A stretch of DNA of 64,000 bases, from contig JAQFVV010000005.1 of NCBI GenBank assembly GCA_028023455.1, forward strand, positions 23,064,001 through 23,128,000, in the 5' to 3' direction. The notes under the pieces are model-generated. The model was given only the letters and a program-made list of their open reading frames with translations, had not been told where the DNA came from and ran no database searches. The stretch is from Epiperipatus broadwayi. Lineage: Eukaryota; Animalia; Onychophora. Made by a program: the position numbers and the translations under genes. Shown one piece after another: positions 54,501-61,340 of the stretch. How positions within the stretch are numbered: position 1 is the first letter of the stretch; each line of letters begins with the position of its first letter.

Positions 54501-57500
54501 ATAGTCTTTATGAAAAGATAGAATGAATCCATCTATCTTTTCAGTCCAAACATTTAAGTATGGGCCAATCTTAAGTGTTTGGAGATGAGATCTGAATTTG
54601 GTTTTTGAGTTAGATAGCTGGATTTAAAGACATTTTGTGTCTGAAAATTTCGGATTTTTTTCTCAATAGTTATGTATTAAATAAGTGCTTTGTTGTAAAT
54701 TGATATTTTATATCTAGTGTCTGAATGTTCTAGCTTCTCACTGAAATGAGCCATAAGCTTGAAACCAATGGGTCTGGGGATGAGAATATTCTAGATAGAG
54801 ATTTTTAATATTTTCTCTTACCGCACTTATTAAATAAGAGCTTGTTTGAGCTATTAGTACACTCCCTATATTAAACAAAGTGATTATACAGAAAGTGGGT
54901 TCTTAGTTTTTATGCTGGTTTGGGGAAAGATAAGGGCATTTAGATATAGGAGCCATGAAGTTGACAAAGATTATGTTGTGTAAATGAGATGGAGCAGAAT
55001 ATAGAAGAATATGGAGAATGGAAAGGGAAGATAAAGTGGCTAACAGGTTTCTCTGGGCATAGTGGCTGAGAGATTCCTGACTCCGAATAAGAAGACACAG
55101 TGCAATCGCATCAAGGAGAAATGGAATATTCAAGTTTTTATATGAGAGATATAAAAAGCAAAATGAAAATGTTTGATAGATTGAAATTTATGGATAATGG
55201 GAGAATAATCAAAATAGTATTTAATTGGGTTATAAGTAAAACGCATGCTACAACATGGGTGAAAAAGGTAGTGCGGTATGCAGGAGATTTGGATAAAGAC
55301 TTTATGTCAGCATACTTATACAAAAAGGTCGAATGATTGTATTAGAATTAAGTGTTATAGTGGCAAGGAATGGGATAAAAGAATAGATGCATTAATAAAA
55401 AATAGGGGTTTGGAGAAATGGGGAATTGGTATCGAGCATAAAAAGAGTCTAAATATATATAGAAGTGAAGAGAATATTGGGTGTGCGTTAATTTATGATA
55501 ATAGCAAGGAAAGTGGTTTTCTGTTTAAGACTTGAATGGGATTACTAGTAACAAGGAAATATACACATAAATGAAATAATGTGGGTGATTTAGTTTGCAA
55601 CTTATGTAAGAAGGCATAGAAAATATGCATCAGTTAATTGATTGTAAATGCTTACAAGCAGAAATGGTGCAAATGATGAAGTTGTGGCAGAATAAATATA
55701 AACAAAGTGATTATACAGAAATTGGGTTTTTGTTTTTTATGCTGGGTTGAAAAGATAAGGGATCTAGATTTAAAGGACATAGAGTAGACAAAGATGATGT
55801 TATAGAGATGGGATGAAGCAGGATGGAGAAAGAATATGGACAAATCTTAGGCTGGAGAATGGAAAGGGAAGGTAAGGCAGCTAATAGCTTTCTCTGGATA
55901 TAGTGGCTGAGAGATTCCTGACTCTGAGAATGAAGAAGCCATAGTGCATCACGTCATAATGAAAATTTAATTTTGATATTATTTATAAAATGGTATAAGT
56001 AGCAATCATATGATTTTTGACTATGTTCTTTGAAAGTGAATATAAATGTATGTATATTTTATTATAGAGATACGTTAATTGTATTGGTTGTAGATGCCTG
56101 TACTAGTATTTTGGCAGGCGTAGCCATTTTTTCAATCCTTGGCCATATCGCCACGGTTCACAAATCTGATGTTCAGGATGTTGTGGCTCAAGGTAAGTCT
56201 TTTTTTTTTTTTTTTTACTAAAAATGTTATTAAATAATGTTGTCTGAAAATACAGTTAGTGTCTAATATGTCTATCTATTATGAAACCCTAAACCTAACC
56301 TAACCCTAACCAATGTCTTTCTAAAATGCAATAAATCCTGATTACGTTTTCATTGATTGTTTGGTCAAATTAATTATACTATTTTCAGTATTGTCATATA
56401 ATATACTTCAATGTAAATGCTGTTAATCCTGCTTGTCCAGATTTTTTATAATTGTGAGTTCCAACCTGTTGTGTGCATATCCCCAAGGATATGAACCAAG
56501 ATATTTTAGAGTAAGTAAAAAAAATTAAAATATGATATAAAAAGGACATGCATTAGCAATGAAAGACAAGTTAAAGTCTAAAGTTACTACAAATTCAAAT
56601 TATTAATTTCATTTATCAAATTCCTTCGTTCTTTAGATAATAACATAATTGAAATAAAATCCTTGTTTTTTATTTCACCTTTTTTTTTTTATTTGCAAAA
56701 GAAAATTATATATATATATATCTTTATTTACATAACAGAAATTCTTGAACTTTTACAACGAACTCTTTGATTGTGATTGATTGTTTCCACGGGTCAATTA
56801 CTGCCATAGCAAGCTAAGAGGACTTAATTCTGGCATCCCTGGGTCAGCTCCCTTCCGAAAGCCTAAATAAACTACAGTGGGAATAAAACTGTAATGAAAA
56901 ACTGTTTTTACTAAAGTAAATAACAACGAAACCCTCTGTTTCATCTCGGGACTCATACAAACCATTTTAAAGTAGAAATCTGCAAAAGTAACAATCTATA
57001 ATAACGACATTGAAATTTCACCTTTGTGTGATAAGTTTTAAATTGCGCTTTACGCAAAAATTAAACTTTAATCTTTTATGATATATACTTTAATATAAAT
57101 AAAAGATGACATATATCATACAACTTACAAATTATTCTAAAGCATAATTTAACATTTATGAGCCCCCTATAAACAGATATGTTTTATAATTAATGGTATC
57201 ATCTACTCCAAGAACAATCAGTAAAAAAAGACTGGTTGGGAAAATTTGCAAATTTTTTGTATTTTTTTCCGCTGATCTTTTAATGGAAATAAGGATTAAC
57301 ATTGTTAATTTTTAAGAAGTCAGAAAGTTGTGTAACTAATTGAACCCTACAGTAAATGGGTAAGCAAGTTTCCTTTCTTATTAGAGAGTCAATCATTAAT
57401 ATGTTGCAATCATTCTACTATAGTGCACATGCACAGTAATGCCTCCTGACAGGTTCAATAAAAATTCTCTGCTTTGCAAATATTTGTGTATGTTTGTATA

Positions 57501-58729
57501 TATCTAATGAGTGGTTTACAGGAAGATCTTATATTCTGCAAACTATATGGCAGTAGACCTTTTTGTCTTTATCAAATCAACCTTAACTGGCACATGATAT
57601 CTAGACATGTTGATAGCAACATTGATACCACAATAAGATTTAGTCTGAGCATATGGATACTACTTTGCTTAATGTTCAACTGGCACCTGAATAATCTTTA
57701 TTTTAATGTTGAATCCAAGAGGAACAAATCAACAGCTTTGTTTTGGTCCCTGTAATTACTAGTTTTAGTATTGACACTACTTTCATTTTTAATTTTGTAA
57801 CACATTAATCAGGTCATTATCAACTTTGATATATGTCTGCCATTTTGAAAGTCTACATTTTTAAATGTTCATTCATAAAAATATGTGTACACAATATCAA
57901 AATTTAGATGGTAATGACATCTATTTTCAATTATACGCTCATATTTATAAAAATATGGCATTAAACACTAAATGATAATGTAATCAGGATTACCAGGTTT
58001 TCAGAAATAGTTTTTGGGAATTTCATAAACTTACCAAAGAAAAAGAAAAATATCTTTTCAGTAGTACTCATATAAAGTTATCTTAAGTAATAGTTGATAA
58101 AAACTACTAAAAGAGTGCAGTTTTTTTCCTTCTTGATTCTCATTATTCTTTTTCGTGAATTTGACACTTTGTGAAAATGTGTTAACATTGATTACATTGA
58201 CTTTTACTGTTCAACTGTCATATCTTTCTAAATAATAGTTCATAGTTTGATATGTAATTCAACTTGAGATTAATCTATTTTACTTCTGTATAGCTTTTAA
58301 AATTCTTATGCATTTATTATTGTTAATATTATATTATTGTAATTTCCATTTCCAATTAGTTAATGTGTATTTGTTGATAATTTGGTATGTCATGTTAAAA
58401 AAATTAGGTTATTATCATTGTTCAGTTTGTATGTTTTCATTTAATGTGTTTATATTATTTTTAAATTAGTGTTTCTTGTATGTTGTATGGATATAGTTTT
58501 TTTTATGTGATTTGTTTTATGTTTGTCCCTTTTTGCAATTGTACTTTTATATCTGTTTTTTCTTTTTTGCTATAATTGTTGTTTGTTTGTTTAATTGTTT
58601 GGGGTATTTTTTTCAGGCCCAGGTCTTGTGTTTGTAGTTTATCCCGAAGCTTTCAAGCGGATGCCAGTTTCTCAGCTTTGGGCTGTGTTGTTTTTTGTTA
58701 TGCTGCTATGTTTAGGCCTGGATAGCCAG
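15348..58729 (+). CDS. ine: Partial spliced gene model (6 internal exons, 836 nt, ~TM3-TM8) of an SLC6/NSS Na+-dependent transporter, inebriated-like
   Basis: Exons join with compatible phases (1|2|0|0|2|1|0) into one frame: [23 protein letters not shown]...[13 protein letters not shown]...[19 protein letters not shown]...[52 protein letters not shown]...[15 protein letters not shown]...LGLDSQ. The QNFNS motif in TM6 (most SLC6 have QIFFS) and the GAGLA..VVSF TM3 start match my recollection of Drosophila inebriated; the orthology call needs a BLAST/phylogeny check. Confidence 0.85.
16050..17560 (+). mobile_element. Decayed Penelope-like retroelement (RT plus GIY-YIG remnants)
   Basis: Broken frames give [22 protein letters not shown] (~16225-16290) and IVSFDME.LFTNMPVDEAL (~16498-16555), both typical PLE RT motifs; a degenerate ccctgaagaa..gaaa motif lies near 17520. 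Confidence 0.75.
18313..18350 (+). ncRNA. Minimal hammerhead motif (family E)
   Basis: cacag CUGAUGA agaggauuugu GAAA CUGG UC uugug; stem I pairs, stem II decayed. Confidence 0.6.
18400..20322 (-). mobile_element. Probable Gypsy-type LTR (19628-20322) with PBS-like site and non-coding leader
   Basis: Minus strand begins AGTTAAT and ends AATT, followed by GGCGGTTAGGC; TATAAATAGG box (~19960-19969); three ~50-bp repeats (19767-19915); CpG-richer leader; TATA-rich flank; no second LTR or ORF found. Confidence 0.4.
20700..21130 (+). mobile_element. Ancient RTE-like LINE relic
   Basis: Scattered motifs in the expected order: [24 protein letters not shown]. Confidence 0.4.
23386..23518 (+). CDS. 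ine: ine-like SLC6 exon (EL2 end, TM4), 133 nt
   Basis: poly-T cAG acceptor, GT donor at 23519; phase 2 matches previous exon (GA+T = Asp); [44 protein letters not shown]. Confidence 0.95.
24664..24798 (+). CDS. ine: ine-like SLC6 exon (TM5), 135 nt
   Basis: ttttgtAG acceptor, GTAAAG donor; [45 protein letters not shown] (not in the ORF track, read manually). Confidence 0.95.
25158..25199 (+). ncRNA. Minimal hammerhead motif (family E)
   Basis: cacag CUGAUGA agggaauuucacu GAAA CUAUUA UC uugug; same stem I as 18313, stem II mostly paired, stem III altered. Confidence 0.6.
26930..29620. mobile_element. Penelope 3'-end complex: inverted arm (26930-27345), direct copy (27352-27592), direct copy (29230-29620)
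   Basis: Peptide [50 protein letters not shown] is GIY-YIG C-terminal-like; palindrome centred ~27350; ~56-bp tandem duplication in the left arm. Confidence 0.85.
27593..29216. mobile_element. Non-autonomous TIR element (MULE-like, related to 11951-13109), ~1.6 kb
   Basis: ~40-bp imperfect TIRs TAAAAGCCTGAAATC...CTTGGAGC; shares the subterminal ggccgcc.aaatggcat.ttt motif with 13028-13050; internal ~390-bp-period duplication; no TSD visible. Confidence 0.7.
29922..30808. repeat. Tandem array of three ~295-bp AT-rich units
   Basis: Units start at ~29922, 30216 and 30516 (taaactatttt..aaacataaa..gaagaatgaacaattcaaactc). Confidence 0.9.
32548..33115. repeat. Three diverged ~175-200-bp tandem units
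   Basis: Recurrent tatgaa..aattgg..aatccccttaacac..ctgtgatttag..cagcaaaggtaaaatc..tggt. Confidence 0.75.
33309..36664 (+). mobile_element. Degenerate non-LTR retrotransposon (AP-endonuclease + RT), (CACAT)n tail, clade uncertain
   Basis: Exact 12-bp TSD CAAATGAAGTCA (33297-33308 and 36665-36676); fragments ..[47 protein letters not shown]; many stops and frameshifts. Confidence 0.9.
37033..37136 (+). CDS. ine: ine-like SLC6 exon (TM6), 104 nt
   Basis: poly-T AG acceptor, GTAAGT donor; [34 protein letters not shown](K). Confidence 0.95.
37255..37530 (+). mobile_element. PLE 3' end (family B) with hammerhead at 37381-37419
   Basis: accuca CUGAGGA cgccaauagca GAAA CCGG UC ugggu; upstream part is homologous to 54608-54690 and the downstream tail to 49990-50085. 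Confidence 0.75.
38500..39400 (-). mobile_element. Old LINE (RTE-like) relic
   Basis: Minus strand around 38900-38995 reads [29 protein letters not shown], like the YKYLG...GWSAF block; purine-rich minus strand. Confidence 0.4.
39416..39557 (+). ncRNA. HDV-like ribozyme fold at the RTE 5' end (degenerate)
   Basis: P2 ccactccat (39485-93)/atggatgg (39550-57); P3-L3-P3 aca-ttcttgt-cgt (39494-506); P1 3' strand tgcagct; 10-bp P4 hairpin 39519-39542; J4/2 CGAA with C at 39545. Confidence 0.7.
39824..42655 (+). pseudogene. RTE endonuclease/reverse transcriptase ORF, disabled
   Basis: Frameshift at ~41910 splits the RT (710 aa + 231 aa); catalytic motif reads FTDD; apparent compensated frameshift at ~41035-41065. 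Confidence 0.9.
44870..46720 (-). mobile_element. Decayed Ty3/Gypsy gag-protease-RT fragment
   Basis: [53 protein letters not shown] (45064-45354); LNATKC..EIKFL downstream; CYCC....H zinc-knuckle remnant (~45990-46040). Confidence 0.85.
49865..50085. mobile_element. PLE family-B fold-back element; minus-strand hammerhead 49936-49975 (core CUGAGAA, mutated)
   Basis: Inverted arm plus direct arm (agcttgttaa..gagctctatatataac) plus one-sided tail nearly identical to 37480-37530. Confidence 0.8.
50524..51477. mobile_element. PLE family-A large fold-back (~390-bp arms) with hammerheads at 50633-50674 (-, core intact) and 51276-51317 (+, UUGAUGA)
   Basis: Arms 50524-50914 and 51036-51425 are near-perfect reverse complements; the ~105-bp 3' tail is duplicated in the spacer (50917-51021) and after the right arm. 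Confidence 0.9.
51975..55956 (+). mobile_element. Head-to-tail trimer of 5'-truncated copies of the 33309-36664 LINE family
   Basis: Copy 1 ~51975-52534; copy 2 52535-53503 + 54872-55113; copy 3 55114-55956; each ends ..ggct(g/a)agagattcctgact....(cacatca-like). Confidence 0.9.
53504..54871. mobile_element. PLE family-C composite (inverted arm plus several direct partial copies) inserted in LINE copy 2
   Basis: 10-bp TSD TAAACAAAGT (53494-53503 and 54872-54881); hammerhead motifs at 53661-53705 (-), 54735-54780 (+) and a partial one at ~53869-53892; ~200-bp internal duplication 54056-54255/54375-54592. Confidence 0.85.
56068..56192 (+). CDS. ine: ine-like SLC6 exon (TM7, EL4), 125 nt
   Basis: tatAG acceptor, GTAAGT donor; phase 2 in, phase 1 out; [41 protein letters not shown](G). 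Confidence 0.95.
58617..58729 (+). CDS. ine: ine-like SLC6 exon (EL4, TM8), 113 nt
   Basis: tttcAG acceptor, GTTAGT donor; (G)[37 protein letters not shown]. Confidence 0.95.
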
Positions 58730-59590
58730 GTTAGTGTTGGAAATTTTGTTCCTGTGTACACTAGCTATATGTGAGCTTATATTAGTGTTAGTGTATAAAT
58801 TCATTTACAATGATTTTCAATGTGCCTTCCATTCTAAAGTATACATACATGTTGTTTGTTTGTTAGAACTTTGCAACCTAATAAATTTTGCTTTTTCCTT
58901 GTTAATATGTTGTAACAGTATGGAAAATAGGGGTTAATAAGAGAGAATCTAAGGTTACAATGTCCCCCAATTGGGTGGCCAATTGTAACTATATAGAAAC
59001 TTTAGGGCTGAATTATGAGATGGGAAACCATCATCATCCCCCAAATAAATAAAAATATAAAATTAAATATAAAAGGATGAGCATGAAAGATCAGTACAGA
59101 ACTAACTATAAGTTCACCAGTATTATACAAATGTAATAATCGTTCATCATCATGAATGATCAACAATAAAAAAATAAATTAACATATGAAAATGGTCCAC
59201 TATAGACAAGGCTAATTATTTAGCCACTGCCAAAACTAGAGCAGAAATGCAAACAATGATTATCTGGATGCACATACTTAGGTGCTACTCCATTAAAATA
59301 CAACAATAAGTCAAGTAATACTAAGATACTAAAAACATCCTGACCATCATCAATGATCTGGCTACTTAGTAGTATTAATGTACTGGCCAACTATAAACTA
59401 AATTTCTAAAGAAATAAATAAAATGAAATGTAGTGCATAGACTTTAAAGGATATCCCTTTTGACCAATCAGGATCATCATCATCTGGATGTCCATAATAC
59501 TAAATATAAACCCCTACTCCATATAATTATTATGCACAAATCTAGCTCAGAAAGTAAGAACCCTATAAACTATTACTGTGAGCAAGAGAT

Positions 59591-59988
59591 AAAAACAGGC
59601 AAAACTCTCCATACAGTAGTGCCAGTCAGTGCCAACCAGAGTAATCAATGGATGTCAGAAGGCTTGTGTATAAAATCCCTATCTAGTGCCTACTCATCCA
59701 ATATCCCCAAACTAGTTTCTGGTTTGTGACCTTCGTCAGTGAGGAGCTTTGGATCTGAGAGCACTGCACCTAGATCTTAGGATCTAATGCAACCCTCCAG
59801 CAGCCACAAACCAGAAACTAGTCTGTGGATATTGGATGAGTAGGCACTAGATAGGGATTTATGCACAAGCCTTCTGGCATCCATTGATTACTCTGGTTGA
59901 CATTGAGTGGCACTACTGTATGGAGAGTTTTGCCTGTTTTAATAACAGTAATGTGCTAGCATAAGAAATAGTGATCATGTGATGTTTA
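59591..59988. mobile_element. PLE family-A fold-back element with minus-strand hammerhead 59704-59745
   Basis: Inverted arms 59591-59724 and 59808-59940; CUGACGA aggucacaaacca GAAA CUAG UU; ~50-bp tail on the right side only. Confidence 0.9.
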
Positions 59989-60899
59989 GCAAGAAATAAA
60001 TAAATAAACAAAGCAGCTTATAAATCACTTTAAATAATTCCTAGGTTTAATCTATTATAAGTAAATAGTTTTATTGAGGTCATTTTTTTTAAAAAAACCT
60101 AGAATACTAAATTGTCATGAAAGTCACAAACACTGCAATTTATGAAACAGGAATTGGATAGAATAAAGAAATTAAGACTAAAAAATATTTTTTAAACAAT
60201 TATTTAATAACTAATTGATTAACAATAAATAAAAGAAATTGACATGATACTATGAAATATCAAACATTCTTTTCATCAAAAAATATTTCTTTATAAAAAT
60301 TATAAATTCTTTGAATGATCAAATTTCAGTGTTAAAATTCATTGTAAATTAACTTTTAATTCATTAAGTTATTTCTTTAAAATAACTAAGAGTTAGAAAA
60401 ACATTTTCAAAATCAAAGTTAAAAATGTTTGACTTAATTTAATTAACCTTTTGTTAAATTTTTAGGAGAGGAAATGAATAAAAAGAGAAAAACATGTTTC
60501 AAAAAAAAGAGTGAAAAATAAATTTTCTAAACTATTTTATAATTTTGAAGAGAAAATTGACTGGATTTTAAAAAAAAAAGTTTCACAGTTTAAAAATATT
60601 AACTTAATGAAAATAATTAAAATTATCAATTCTTACAATAACAAACAAATATTTTATGCACACAAAAAATACCTATAGCTATGGTTTGATTCATCTTTAC
60701 TCCTAATTATAATTTCCAGTTGAGTTTTCTTCTTAAAGGCTTCTATACATGAACATGATTATTTATCCTTTTTTTGGTGTGCAACAGCAAAATTTTTATC
60801 CATTTTCTTTAAATACTTTCCCATGTAAGACTAACACAGGCAGAGATTCATGCTCTTGGTTGAAGACAATGTTGCAGATTACTTTAATGGGTAGTTTCT

Positions 60900-61340
60900 T
60901 CTTTTTATTCCAGTGAAGGCAAGTTATACGGAGAAAGGTGATGTCTAGCTTTTAGCTGAATTTAGCACATGGCTTTTCATTGTAGAAACCATTTTTATGA
61001 CTAAACTCATAATATGCTAAAAGCTTGATTAAAATTTCTGCTATTCTATGCAATAGCTTGGTTAAGACTTCTGCTTCTTTCTTCTCTATCAGCTGGATTA
61101 AGACTTAATTGCTCTCTCTTCACATTTGAGTCTTCTGCCTCATTCTCTCAAAAGGGAATATGATCTGTTTGTAGGATGAATGGTCTACCATATGGGGGGC
61201 CGTGAAATTTTTGATGCCATTGATCAAAGCCAGAGCCTCTCTATCTATTTGAGCGTAGTTTCTCTCAGCCCTTGAGAGGCACATTAATGCAAAGGCAGTA
61301 GGGTTGTGTGTCTTATGATTATTTCTATGGGACAAGTTAT
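60900..61340 (-). mobile_element. Ty3/Gypsy RNase H relic
   Basis: PTAFALMCLSRAERNYAQIDREALALINGIKNF matches the PIAFASR.L..AERNY.Q.DREAL block. Confidence 0.8.

Noticed and set aside
54056-54592. Apparent foreign DNA transduced by the PLE
   Set aside because: It runs directly into the family-C copy and gives a degenerate GIY-YIG-C-terminus-like peptide, so it is more simply PLE-internal sequence
56284-56311. CCTAA-like repeats (arthropod telomere motif)
   Set aside because: Only about four imperfect units; more likely a TE-associated microsatellite than an interstitial telomere
58954-58990. Nested short palindrome gttacaat..cccaattggg..attgtaac
   Set aside because: Too short and isolated to support a call; possibly an excision footprint or chance
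44870-61340. Gypsy gag-RT piece and RNase H piece as one disrupted element
   Set aside because: On the minus strand the RNase H fragment lies upstream of gag (wrong order) with host exons between; these are separate relics
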